Shown here one piece after another: positions 12,101 to 20,975 of a DNA stretch of 61,923 bases. This stretch comes from a virus (Duplodnaviria > Caudoviricetes): positions 1 to 61,923 of the IMG/VR virus record IMGVR_UViG_3300048591_001211. One strand, written 5' to 3'. The translations under genes were made by a program, and so were the position numbers. A model generated the notes under the pieces. It saw only the letters and a program-made list of their open reading frames with translations, did not search any database and was not told the origin of the DNA. How positions within the stretch are numbered: the stretch's first letter is position 1; each line of letters begins with the position of its first letter.

Positions 12101-14988
12101 TTGAGCATCGGTGCGAGGGCCTTCCCTGTATGCGAGGCCTTCACGCGGGCCACCTGCTCGGGCGTGCCCACGGCGACGAGCTCGCCACCGCCGGCGCCCC
12201 CTTCGGGCCCGAGATCGATCACCCAGTCGGCCCGCTTCACGACATCGAGATTGTGCTCGACGACGAGCACGGTGTTCCCCGCTTCGACGAGTCGCTCGAG
12301 CACGGTCAACAACTGCCGCACGTCGGCCATGTGCAGGCCGGTCGTTGGCTCGTCGAGGATGTAGAGCGTGCGCCCCGTCGATCGCTTGGCCAGCTCCCGT
12401 GAGAGTTTCACACGCTGGGCTTCGCCGCCGGACAGCGTCGGTGACGGTTGGCCGAGGTGAAGATAGTCGAGGCCGACATCGTGGAGCGTCTGGAGCTTCT
12501 TCGCGATGTCGGGGGCGTCGGCAAAGAGCTCGAGGGCCTCGGCCACCTCCATGTTCAAAAGCTCGGCGACGTTCTTTCCTTTCCAGCGGACTTCGAGGGT
12601 GTCCTTGGCAAACCGCGCCCCCCCACAGCCATCGCAAGTCACCCACACGTCCGCCAGGAAATCCATGTCGAGGCGAATGGAGCCATTTCCCTCGCACGCC
12701 TCGCATCGGCCGCCCGCCACGTTGAAGCTGAAACGTCCCGCCTTCCAGCCCCGCTTCTTGGCGTCGGGAAGCATCGTGAAGAGATCGCGAATGTCGTCCC
12801 AGAGCTTCACATAGGTGGCCGGGTTGCTTCGCGGTGTCCGCCCGATCGGCGACTGATCGATGACGATCACCTTGTCGAGTGCATCGGCGCCCTTGATGGA
12901 CGCAAACGCCCCCGGACTTGCCACCTCGCTCCCGAGGAGTTTTCGCAGGGCCGGCTCCAGGACATCGCCCACCAGCGAGCTCTTCCCGCTGCCCGAAACG
13001 CCGGTCACGCACACGAGGAGGCCGAGCGGAATCTCCACATCGACGTTCTTGAGATTGTTGTGACGCACCCCCTTCAGGATGAGTTTTGATGCTTGGGGTG
13101 TTCTTCGCTCACGCGGCACCTCGATCGCATCCCGGCCACTCAAGAAGGCCCCGGTTACGCTCGCCGGCGTTTTTGCCACGTCGTCGGGCGTCCCTGCGGC
13201 GACGACCTCACCACCGCGCTTGCCCGGCCCTGGGCCAAAATCGATGACCCAGTCGGCAGCGCGGATCGTCTCCTCGTCATGCTCGACCACGACGACGGTG
13301 TTCCCCTTGTCGCGAAGCTGCTCGAGCGCGCCCAAAAGCTTCGTGTTGTCCCGTGGGTGAAGGCCGATTGACGGCTCGTCGAGCACATAGAGCACACCCG
13401 AGAGCCCCGCGCCGATCTGGGCAGCGAGCCTGATCCGCTGGCTCTCGCCCCCCGAGAGCGTCGGCGCCTTGCGGTCGAGGGCGAGGTAGCCGAGCCCCAC
13501 CTCGTCGAGAAACGCGAGCCTGCCGCGGATTTCCTTAAGGAGCTCCGCGGCGATCACTTCCTGCGTGGGGTCGAGTTTGACCGCCGAGAGAAACGTCCGC
13601 GCGTCGGCAATGGGGAGCGCACAGAGGGCGTCGAGCGACCGTTCGTTCGCCTCGCCTCGCCTCGGCTGCATCGCCGTGGTCGTGATCCGCACCCCCCGCG
13701 CCTGCGGCGAGAGCCTCGCCCCCTTGCAATCATGGCAGGGCGTGACGCGCATCAGTTTCTCGAGCATGCGTCGGATGATCCCGCTTTTGGCGTTGCGCCA
13801 GCGGGCCGCGAGCAGGGCACGGATTCCCTCGAACTTCGTGTTGGCTCCCCGCTCCGCCCGCCCTCGCTTCCACGAAACCTTGATCGTGTCGACACCCGTG
13901 CCGTCGAGCCAAATCTTCCGTTGCGATGGAGAAAGTTCCTGCCACGGCGTATCGAGTAGTGTGCCCGGATCGAGTCCCTTCTTCGCCTCTGCATGCGCTG
14001 CCACGCCGTTCAAAAGCCGACGCATCCACCGCGGCATGTCCCGGAAGCTGCCGAGTACTCCCATCGCCCCTTTGCGAAGTGATTTTTCGGGGTTCGTGAC
14101 GAGCTTGTCGGGGTCGATGCCGTAGATGTCGCCGAGGCCGTCGCAGGTGGGGCACGCGCCTTGCGGGCTATTGAAACTGAAAAGCTGCGGCTCTGGTGTG
14201 TCGTAGCTCACCCCACATGCGGCACAGGCATACCGGCTCGACAGCACAAGGTCGCTGCCGGATTGTCCGCCTTCTTCGGCGACGATGACCTGACCACCGC
14301 CTACTTTGAGGGCGAGCTCCACGGCCTCCGCAAGTCGGCTTCTGGTTTCATCACTTGGCACAAGGCGATCGACCACGACCTCGATCGTGTGTTTGAGAAG
14401 TTTCTCGAGCTTGGGAGGCTCCTCGACGCGGGCGATGGAGCCGTCCACGCGGGCGCGGGTAAAACCCTGCCGCACGAGGTCCGTGAAAAGATCGCGATGT
14501 TCTCCCTTCGCCTCACGGACCAGCGGCGCGAGGATCATGATCCGTTTGCCGCTGCGGGCCTTGAAGATGCGCTCGACGATCTGGTCGCGGGGCTGGGCTT
14601 CGAGGATGGCGTCGCACGTGGGGCAGTGGGCCGTGCCGACCCGTGCGTAGAGCACCCGCAAGAAGTCATGGATCTCCGTCATCGTCGCGACGGTGGAACG
14701 CGGGTTCGTGCCCGCTGACTTCTGCGCGATCGAGATCGACGGCGAAAGCCCCGTCACGGAATCGACATCGGGCCGAGGCAACTGCCCCAAGAACTGCCGG
14801 GCAAACGTCGAGAGGCTCTCGACATACCGCCGCTGCCCTTCGGCGTAGAGGGTGTCGAAGGCGAGGCTCGATTTCCCGGACCCACTCACGCCCGAGAGAC
14901 AGACGAGTCGACCGCGCGGCATCGCCACCGTCACGTCGCGGAGGTTGTGCTCACGGGCACCGCGGACCACGATCGGAGGGACGTGCAT
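9103..14988 (-). CDS. uvrA: Excinuclease ABC subunit A, tandem-fused double UvrA
   Basis: 1961 aa with four Walker A motifs (GVSGSGKS x2, GPSGSGKT x2), four LSGGE signatures, LDEP Walker B motifs, Zn fingers and DTLYAEGQRRYVESLS twice. Confidence 0.97.
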   Translation of the reverse strand: MHVPPIVVRGAREHNLRDVTVAMPRGRLVCLSGVSGSGKSSLAFDTLYAEGQRRYVESLSTFARQFLGQLPRPDVDSVTGLSPSISIAQKSAGTNPRSTVATMTEIHDFLRVLYARVGTAHCPTCDAILEAQPRDQIVERIFKARSGKRIMILAPLVREAKGEHRDLFTDLVRQGFTRARVDGSIARVEEPPKLEKLLKHTIEVVVDRLVPSDETRSRLAEAVELALKVGGGQVIVAEEGGQSGSDLVLSSRYACAACGVSYDTPEPQLFSFNSPQGACPTCDGLGDIYGIDPDKLVTNPEKSLRKGAMGVLGSFRDMPRWMRRLLNGVAAHAEAKKGLDPGTLLDTPWQELSPSQRKIWLDGTGVDTIKVSWKRGRAERGANTKFEGIRALLAARWRNAKSGIIRRMLEKLMRVTPCHDCKGARLSPQARGVRITTTAMQPRRGEANERSLDALCALPIADARTFLSAVKLDPTQEVIAAELLKEIRGRLAFLDEVGLGYLALDRKAPTLSGGESQRIRLAAQIGAGLSGVLYVLDEPSIGLHPRDNTKLLGALEQLRDKGNTVVVVEHDEETIRAADWVIDFGPGPGKRGGEVVAAGTPDDVAKTPASVTGAFLSGRDAIEVPRERRTPQASKLILKGVRHNNLKNVDVEIPLGLLVCVTGVSGSGKSSLVGDVLEPALRKLLGSEVASPGAFASIKGADALDKVIVIDQSPIGRTPRSNPATYVKLWDDIRDLFTMLPDAKKRGWKAGRFSFNVAGGRCEACEGNGSIRLDMDFLADVWVTCDGCGGARFAKDTLEVRWKGKNVAELLNMEVAEALELFADAPDIAKKLQTLHDVGLDYLHLGQPSPTLSGGEAQRVKLSRELAKRSTGRTLYILDEPTTGLHMADVRQLLTVLERLVEAGNTVLVVEHNLDVVKRADWVIDLGPEGGAGGGELVAVGTPEQVARVKASHTGKALAPMLKDAADRATRRTPAVRRKKVADPSKAVAAMLAAVSKASIDPGPPAITVRGAALHNLKHVDADIPRGAMTVCCGPSGSGKTSLAFDTLYAEGQRRYVESLSPYARQFVGQVPKPIFERIEGLAPAVAIEQRSSHGTPRSTVGTITEMYDHFRVLAARIGVMHCPGCGTQVTSQSVDQVVDRLLANPPGTRMLLLAPIELRTGQTPEALFTQLLAAGHVRIRIDGRTMRLDEKPALDRKRKSRLEIVIDRVTAAPGERSRLAQSIEAAFDAGGGTMVVARAIDGVEEPDWPVDIQSRKLACPDCGRGFKPLEPRQFSFNSPLGWCPSCDGLGTRVGVDRKALVRDFSVSLADGALDLWPALASPVSRAMLNAVCKATGLPMEVPLGDLSGLQQRVLFEGTGEKWIEGPGFSFQFKGLEAACEEAARLVVAYRGKVDTVMDEVPCSECGGSRLADVAAAVTLWGRPLDVWCRMPLGRLHDELAAITLDDSGKRIAGDLLRELLARVSFLVDVGLDYLDMARPAGSLSGGEMQRIRLAAQVGSGLTGVLYVLDEPTIGLHPRDTHRLITALGKLRDLGNTVVVVEHDRDVVAAADHALDFGPGSGREGGQIVAHGTPRKLEKLVTSVTGPYLTSRRASDAVLARKLEEGRREPTGWLTIQGIEHRTLRGLDVKFPLGVLTAVTGPSGSGKTSLVLEVLWKALARRLHAAREQPGRFAKLTGLDRIDRVILVDQEPIGVTPGSTPATYTGVFDHIRQLFSKVPEARTRGFTPRTFSFNVAGGRCEACEGLGQRRVEMHFLPDVWVECEHCKGRRYSSETLHAKWHGKNIADVLEMSIGEAAAFFSTVPQVARILETLVDVGLGYITLGQPAPQLSGGEAQRVKLSRELAKQATGKTLYVLDEPTTGLHFTDIEKLLRVLERLVAGGNTVLVVEHNLEVVAAADWVIDMGPEAGAGGGRIVAEGPPEDLVIHAELWERGAGDKHLLRSHTGEALKAFGALEVAPAP

Positions 14989-15108
14989 GAGGGGCGGATA
15001 GTGCGGGTTGGAAAGACGCTTCAGAATAGACCATGCCGTGCCCGTGGCACGGGGCTTGGGGCCGCTGGACGCAGCCCCAGGGCTCCCGTACCATCAACTT
15101 CCCCATCC

Positions 15109-15181
15109 GGGGCGGTAGCTCAACTGGGAGAGCGCGGCGTTCGCAATGCCGAGGTTGGGAGTTCGATCCTCCTCCGCTCCA
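15109..15181 (+). tRNA. tRNA-Ala(CGC)
   Basis: Acceptor stem GGGGCGG/CCGCTCC with the G3:U70 pair, anticodon arm CGGCG-TTCGCAA-TGCCG and T-loop GTTCGATC. CCA is not encoded. Confidence 0.96.
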
Positions 15182-15269
15182 TTTGTCGAGGCGGGCGTCT
15201 GGTTCTGGCCGGACGCTCCACTCGATGCCCGAGGTGACGGTATCAGCGCGAAACACGGAGGTCAAAGAG

Positions 15270-15563
15270 ATGGCTACAGCCACGCGTCGCAAGACTGAAC
15301 ACGAGCCAACCGAGAGGAGCCCAGTCTTCCATCTCATCGACGGCCTCCGTGCCCGTCGCCGAATGTCGATCACGGCCGTCGCAAAGGCTGCCGGCCTATC
15401 CAGGGACACGCTTTACGCGATCTCGAACCCAAGAATTTCCACCGTCCGCAAGCTCGCCGATGCTCTCGGCATGCCCGTCAGTAGGCTCGCCTCAAAGGTA
15501 TCGGAGGTTGAGTCCGTGGCGGAATCAGCGAAACCCGCCAGTCCGAAGCCACGATGCCGCTGA
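15270..15563 (+). CDS. XRE-family HTH transcriptional regulator
   Basis: MSITAVAKAAGLSRDTLY...NPRISTVRKLADALG pattern; GGAGG RBS at 15257. Confidence 0.8.
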   Translation: MATATRRKTEHEPTERSPVFHLIDGLRARRRMSITAVAKAAGLSRDTLYAISNPRISTVRKLADALGMPVSRLASKVSEVESVAESAKPASPKPRCR

Positions 15564-15638
15564 CTCGCGCGAGCGAGGCCGGTTGGCAGGTCGCCGTTCA
15601 CCAACGAAAAGTGAAGCGCCGCAGGAGAGTACCGCACG

Positions 15639-16730
15639 ATGTTTGACCATAAGCACTACGTTCCAATTCTCGGCGGCAAGCTCGGGGAGTATGCCGCGCT
15701 GAAAGAGCTTCCGGCGGCAACGAAGGATCGCATCACCCCCCTCATCGAAGTTCCCCCTGTGCCGTGGGACTTTCAGAATGAGCGGCTCGCCCGCACGATC
15801 GACGCTCACCTTTCTGGGACGGCCGCTGCGATCGAGGATGCCTGGGGCGGCGGGGCGCCGATCTTTGTCGACCTGTTCACAGTAGAGGACGATGGCCCAA
15901 TGGCCTCTGGTGACCATCCGCTCGTCCACGTCTTTACAGATGGCCGCGGCCGCGGCCTGGAGCTCGTTCCGGTGACCGGCCTGGATCGAGATGGGGGCTA
16001 TCAGAACGCGGTTAGAGACACTATCGCTATCGATGGCCGAGGTGTATGCGTCAGACTCATGATGCCGGAAATCGCGGAGGACCCAGACTTCATCGCCGAC
16101 CTAGACCAACTGATCGCAGACTTGCGAACCTCTCCGTCTTCTGTGGACTTGATTATCGATGCAGGCCCCATCCCTAAGGACATGCAGTCCGCCTATGCCG
16201 TGATGGCGAGGGGGGCGATTGCAATGGTTCCGCACATTGCTCAGTGGCGAACTCTGACCATCGCCGGTTCAGCGTTTCCGAGGGACCTGAGTGGCTTCGC
16301 GAGAGATGCCGTCAGCCTGTCACCGAGGACCGAATGGGCGATCTGGCGATCGCTTGCCGCGAGACGTGAGCGGCTGGCCCGCATGCCAACGTTTGGAGAC
16401 TACGCCGTCGATGCTCCCGGCCATGACCAGATCGACTTCCGTGTCATCAAAATGAGCGCAAGCATTCGGTACTGCCACGATTCGGACTGGGTGATTGTGA
16501 AGGGCCATGCAATCCACAAAGGCACGTCCAGTCAGCATCCAGCGTTGGCGTCGATCATGCGGGCGAGGCCTGAGTTCTGCGGCGTCGGCTTTAGCTGGGG
16601 GGACGCATTCATTGACGGATGCGCTGGAGGATCCGCGGGGCCTGGGAATGCAACGACTTGGCGACAGGTCGGCGTGAACCATCACATCCAATTTGTCGTG
16701 AACCAGATCGCCAGTTACCCCGGGCTTTGA
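15639..16730 (+). CDS. Beta family protein (P4 beta / sce7725-like)
   Basis: YVPIL..K.GE..AL, PLIE, GSAFP, FGDY and IRY motifs, with a C-terminal G.ATTW...GVNHHI. Confidence 0.8.
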   Translation: MFDHKHYVPILGGKLGEYAALKELPAATKDRITPLIEVPPVPWDFQNERLARTIDAHLSGTAAAIEDAWGGGAPIFVDLFTVEDDGPMASGDHPLVHVFTDGRGRGLELVPVTGLDRDGGYQNAVRDTIAIDGRGVCVRLMMPEIAEDPDFIADLDQLIADLRTSPSSVDLIIDAGPIPKDMQSAYAVMARGAIAMVPHIAQWRTLTIAGSAFPRDLSGFARDAVSLSPRTEWAIWRSLAARRERLARMPTFGDYAVDAPGHDQIDFRVIKMSASIRYCHDSDWVIVKGHAIHKGTSSQHPALASIMRARPEFCGVGFSWGDAFIDGCAGGSAGPGNATTWRQVGVNHHIQFVVNQIASYPGL

Positions 16731-17262
16731 TCGTTTCGCGGATCAGGAATGCCAGTCGATCGCGATCGATCCCCGAGACGGCTGCAACCCAAAGATCGTA
16801 GGTGCTCCATCGGCTCGCAAACCTGACGCCCTCCGCAGCGAGAATGGCCTGGGCTTCGTTCTTCCAAACCAGCTGGATCATTGCGCCCATGTCGAGCCGT
16901 CTGTTTAGCTTCGCGGAGCGCAAGTCGTGCAGGACGACCTCATCCGCTTCTTTTCTCGCGACTACGATGCCCCACCACCGAGGCACGACATCGCGGACTC
17001 GTAGAAGGTGAGACTGCCCGCAAACAATCGTTACCCGGTCGCACACGCGTCCGTAGACCTCGATCTGACGGGGCAGCCTTCCGAGCGTGTCTCGGTCGCT
17101 CTTGATCTCAAAGCCGCTTAGCTCGCCGTTCACGACGGCAATGTCGATGCGTGCGTCGTTCTGGCACAAGCCAAGTTCTTCGACGATGAGCGTGTTGGCG
17201 TCTCCCGCGTGCTCGCTGGCAAGTTGCTTTCGCAGAGATGTTCGGACGTCCGCGTCACGCAT
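16609..17262 (-). CDS. sce7726 family protein (PD-(D/E)xK nuclease-like)
   Basis: EELG...RIDIAVVNG...GFEIKSDRDTL.RL..Q...Y motif. Confidence 0.8.
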   Translation of the reverse strand: MRDADVRTSLRKQLASEHAGDANTLIVEELGLCQNDARIDIAVVNGELSGFEIKSDRDTLGRLPRQIEVYGRVCDRVTIVCGQSHLLRVRDVVPRWWGIVVARKEADEVVLHDLRSAKLNRRLDMGAMIQLVWKNEAQAILAAEGVRFASRWSTYDLWVAAVSGIDRDRLAFLIRETIKARGNWRSGSRQIGCDGSRRPVAKSLHSQAPRILQRIRQ

Positions 17263-17531
17263 GATCCCTGCATGGTAGGGAAATCGCGCAACCGGCGAAA
17301 GGCATTTGCGCGGCCCGTTTAAGCGGTCTCAACAAATACGCGGGTCCGCTGCGGTGCGTCAGTGCTCTCCCGCCGGCGCATCGACGTTCTCCGCGTTCTG
17401 CCACCCATGTCGCTGGTGACGCTGCCGTCAGAAGGACGCGTGCCGCGAAGTCCGATCGGCTTGCTCTCGTGACGCGTTGCCGCCCCCGCCGCGGCGCTCG
17501 TGTGTCGTGGTTTCGCGGGGATTCTGCGTGC

Positions 17532-17584
17532 GTAGGATTTTTCCTACACACGCTATTGACGGGCTGTAGGTTCTTTCCTACAGT
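17532..17584 (+). promoter_or_regulatory. Sigma70-type early promoter with two palindromic operators
   Basis: TTGACG (17556)-N17-TACAGT (17579); GTAGG-N6-CCTAC palindromes at 17532-17547 and 17566-17581. Confidence 0.75.
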
Positions 17585-17658
17585 CCCCCCCGTGACGTTC
17601 ACGTGAGCATCACCGCGTCAGTGACGCGTCAAGGAAGCAACCGGCGAGGGACCGCCAA

Positions 17659-18150
17659 ATGCCGAACGGCAAAGCCAATTCGCGATCGGCGGGCACCTCC
17701 CACCCACGGAAGGGCACCAATGCGAAATCGCATCTTCGGGGTCAGCACGGACACGCTGGCCGATCGGTTCGACGCGGAGTCAGTCGAGGAACGGATTGCC
17801 TTGGAGCACGCGAGGTGGTCCCCGGCAACGCGTCGGGTTCGCAGGCGACGTGCTCGCAACTTCCGCCGGTTCGTGAAGGCCATGTTGCGGCACTCTGCGA
17901 TCTCCAGCGACAGGCTTTCGAGGCACTGAATCGCGGCCTCGCTCGCGTCTCGGGATTCGAGATCGACGAGGAGCACGGCTTGGGCTCGGTCGACCGGCTC
18001 GGCATGACCATCGAGGAGCAGATTGCCAAGGGCGATCCGCAAGGCGTCGTGGCTGCCGTCCGGTCGGCCGCGGTGTCGCTCACGTACATCGCCTCGCGTA
18101 TGGCGATCGTGGAACGGTTCGTCGAGCGAGACCGGAGGGGCGTGGCATGA
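17659..18150 (+). CDS. Hypothetical phage protein (start and frame uncertain; alternative ORF 17720..17929)
   Basis: First ORF after the early promoter, with an ATGA overlap to the next ORF. Confidence 0.4.
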   Translation: MPNGKANSRSAGTSHPRKGTNAKSHLRGQHGHAGRSVRRGVSRGTDCLGAREVVPGNASGSQATCSQLPPVREGHVAALCDLQRQAFEALNRGLARVSGFEIDEEHGLGSVDRLGMTIEEQIAKGDPQGVVAAVRSAAVSLTYIASRMAIVERFVERDRRGVA

Positions 18151-18422
18151 TCCCCATCGGCACCTACTTCACGTCCGCCGGGCTCGTCTGCGGCAGCGGC
18201 AACTCTCTCGGCTCGGGTTTGGGAAGCCCCGAGCCTGTTGGCGACATGTCGTCGTCAACGCAGCAGCCACAGCGGCCGGCCTCCGATGGGGCTGGTCGTG
18301 CCGCTGGGCTGTCTCGCTGCACGGGAATCGTAGCCGACGGATCGGCTCACGAAGACGGATCGCCCCGGGGTCAACCAGGAGGACCAGCCCGTTAGCCAGG
18401 AGGGCGAGCGGGCGCCGCACAC

Positions 18423-18614
18423 ATGCTGACGCTGAGAGTCAATCGAGGTGAGCCGGTCGTCATCCGGACGCAGGGGCCGGCGGAGATCACGGTCGTGTCC
18501 CTTCGCGAGGGGACTACTCGCTTGGGCGTCGAGGCCGAGCGAGAGGTGACGGTGAACCGGGCCTCGGTACAGGAAGCGATCGACCGCGAGATGCGACGAG
18601 GGGGCCAGGCGTGA
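18423..18614 (+). CDS. csrA: CsrA/RsmA-like RNA-binding protein
   Basis: 63 aa, MLTL.V..GE.VVI....EITVV......RLGVEA..EV.V.R pattern. Confidence 0.7.
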   Translation: MLTLRVNRGEPVVIRTQGPAEITVVSLREGTTRLGVEAEREVTVNRASVQEAIDREMRRGGQA

Positions 18615-18617
18615 GCC

Positions 18618-18905
18618 ATGCGAACGTACGAAGAGACACAGGCGATCGTGCTGCGGTGGAGGCAGCAGGGGTGGAGCTATGCGGAGATCGGACGGGCGCT
18701 CGGCATGAGCGCGGCCGAGACGCTGACATGCATCAACGGCGAGTCGCAGGAGCCAGACCCGAACGAGTACCTGATCGAGTTGCAGAAGTCGGCGATTCGG
18801 ATTCGGAAGGGCGAGCCTCCAACCGGGCCGGTGCCGCCACGGGTTGAGATTCAACAGGTGTCAACGGGGCACGGAACGAGACGCAAGGGACTGAGGAGTT
18901 ACTGA
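18618..18905 (+). CDS. HTH DNA-binding protein
   Basis: GWSYAEIGRALGMS HTH motif. Confidence 0.6.
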   Translation: MRTYEETQAIVLRWRQQGWSYAEIGRALGMSAAETLTCINGESQEPDPNEYLIELQKSAIRIRKGEPPTGPVPPRVEIQQVSTGHGTRRKGLRSY

Positions 18906-18907
18906 GC

Positions 18908-19819
18908 ATGGAAGCGGTAGCGGAACAGATGGATCGTGACACGTGGCTGGCCGAGCGACGCAAGGGCATCGGCGGTTCGGACGTCGCGGCGATCCTTGGG
19001 CTGTCGAAGTGGACGTCACCAGTGGAGGTATGGCTCGACAAGCTCGGCCGTCTTCCACCGAAGGAAGAGACGCCTGCCATGCGGTGGGGAAGTCTCAAGG
19101 AGCCGCTTATCCTCGACGAGTTCAGCCGCGCGACGGGCATGGAGGTTCGCCGCGGCCTGCCGATGCAGGCGAGCGAGGATCACCCGTTCATGCTCGCCAC
19201 GATCGACGGCCTGGTGGAGGACCGCCAAGCGATCGTCGAGGCCAAGACAGCCATGTTCGCGGAGGGTTGGGGCGAGCCAGGTACCGCGGAAATCCCCGCG
19301 TATTACCTCACCCAGGTGACGCACTACATGGCCGTGACGGGGGCCGTGGTCGCCTTCGTTCCGGTGCTGATTGGGTCAAGCGACTTCCGCATCTATGAGG
19401 TCGAGCGTGACGAGTCGCTCATCGCGGACCTGGTCGAGGCCGAGCGTTCGTTCTGGTTCGATCACGTTCTCGCCGGTGTCGAGCCGGAGCCGGTGAGCAA
19501 GGAAGACGCGTTGCTCCTGTGGGCTCGCGACAACGGCACGACGGTGGACGTCGACGAGGACGTGGCCGCGGATGTGGAACGGCTCAAGGCCCTCAAGGCC
19601 GAGATCACGCTCCTCGAAGAGCGAGCTGCGTTGATCGATGACCGCGTTCGGATTGCGTTCCGTGAGGCGGCGCAGCTTCGTTTCAACGGCGAGGTGATCG
19701 CCACATACAAGGGCCAGGCGCGGAAGAGCCTGGACCAAAGGGCGATCGAAGCGGAGCACCCGTCGATCGTCGCGCAATACAAGCGGGAGTCGCTGTCGCG
19801 AGTCTTGCGGTTGAAGTGA
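18908..19819 (+). CDS. YqaJ-like viral recombinase / lambda-type exonuclease
   Basis: WLAERRKGIGGSDVAAILG, ATIDG, EAKT and Y..QV.HYM.VTG motifs. Confidence 0.92.
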   Translation: MEAVAEQMDRDTWLAERRKGIGGSDVAAILGLSKWTSPVEVWLDKLGRLPPKEETPAMRWGSLKEPLILDEFSRATGMEVRRGLPMQASEDHPFMLATIDGLVEDRQAIVEAKTAMFAEGWGEPGTAEIPAYYLTQVTHYMAVTGAVVAFVPVLIGSSDFRIYEVERDESLIADLVEAERSFWFDHVLAGVEPEPVSKEDALLLWARDNGTTVDVDEDVAADVERLKALKAEITLLEERAALIDDRVRIAFREAAQLRFNGEVIATYKGQARKSLDQRAIEAEHPSIVAQYKRESLSRVLRLK

Positions 19820-19856
19820 CTGTTTCAGGGCACATATCCAGGGAGGGCAGGACGAG

Positions 19857-20975
19857 ATGAGCAGCGGCACAGAAGCATTGAAAGGCGAGTTGGTCAGCTT
19901 AGACGCGGTCGTGAATGACGCGCTGACGCAGATCACCAAAGCGGAGATCGACCAGCAGATTGCGACGGCCCACGCGTACCCGCGAAGCCTGTCGAAGTTC
20001 AAGAACCGAGCGCTCGAAATGGCGACGCTCGATGAAGAGACGGCCGAGTCATGCATCTATTCGCGGCCGGTCGGGAAAGGCCCAGACGGGAAGCAGAAGT
20101 TCGCGGAGGGCATGTCCATCCGCATGGCCGAGATCGTCGGCGCTTGCTTCGGGAACCTTCGGGTTGGGGCAACGCTGATCGAAATGACGCCTCGGTTCGT
20201 GAAGGCCCGCGGTTTCGCTCACGACCTGGAGACCAACTTCGCGAGCACGTCTGAGGTGGTCGAGTCGACTGTGAAGGCCAACGGGATGCCGTACGACGAG
20301 CGAATGCGGGTGGTCGTCGCAAAGGCGGCCCTCGCAAAGGCCCGCCGAGACGCGACGTTCCAGGTGGTCCCGAAAGCCCTGTGCAAGGCGATCGAAGCCG
20401 CTGCCAGGCAGGCCGCCATCGGGGGCGCGACGACGATCGGGAAGCGGCGAGACGCAGTCGCCGGCTGGGTGGCGAAGCTCGGCATCGAGCCGGCCCGCGT
20501 GTGGGCATCGCTCGGGGTTGCGGGTGCCGATGACCTGACGGTTGAGCACCTCACGACCCTGACCGGGGTGAAGACCGCGGTGAAGGATGGCGAGGTCACG
20601 CTTGACGAGGCATTCCCGCCGATCGCTGGCGAGGCTAGCCCGGCGGCTTCTGCCGTGAAGTCGGCCGCGAAGAAGGCCGTCGAGAAGTCGAAGGGCAAGC
20701 CGACGGTTGTGGACGCCCCGTCCGAGCCTGCAAAACCGGCCGAGACTCCACCGGAGAAAGCCGCTGATGCTTCGCCGGCACCAGGCGATGCGGCCGAGCC
20801 GACGGTCTACGAGGGAATCGAGCAGGCCATCATGCTCACGAAGGGGGAGCGATCGCTCGGCAAGATTCGCGACAACCTCGCGAACCACCTCGAGGCCGGA
20901 GCCATCACGGCCGAACAAGCCGATCACCACCGCGACCTCATTGCCGCAAGGCTGGAAAGTGAGGTGTCGGCATGA
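19857..20975 (+). CDS. Putative single-strand annealing / recombination protein
   Basis: Occupies the RecT position directly after YqaJ; folded-looking N-terminal domain plus an Ala/Pro-rich linker. Confidence 0.45.
   Translation: MSSGTEALKGELVSLDAVVNDALTQITKAEIDQQIATAHAYPRSLSKFKNRALEMATLDEETAESCIYSRPVGKGPDGKQKFAEGMSIRMAEIVGACFGNLRVGATLIEMTPRFVKARGFAHDLETNFASTSEVVESTVKANGMPYDERMRVVVAKAALAKARRDATFQVVPKALCKAIEAAARQAAIGGATTIGKRRDAVAGWVAKLGIEPARVWASLGVAGADDLTVEHLTTLTGVKTAVKDGEVTLDEAFPPIAGEASPAASAVKSAAKKAVEKSKGKPTVVDAPSEPAKPAETPPEKAADASPAPGDAAEPTVYEGIEQAIMLTKGERSLGKIRDNLANHLEAGAITAEQADHHRDLIAARLESEVSA

Noticed and set aside
9103-14988. Assembly duplication producing the double uvrA
   Set aside because: The two halves are clearly diverged in sequence and joined in frame by a linker.
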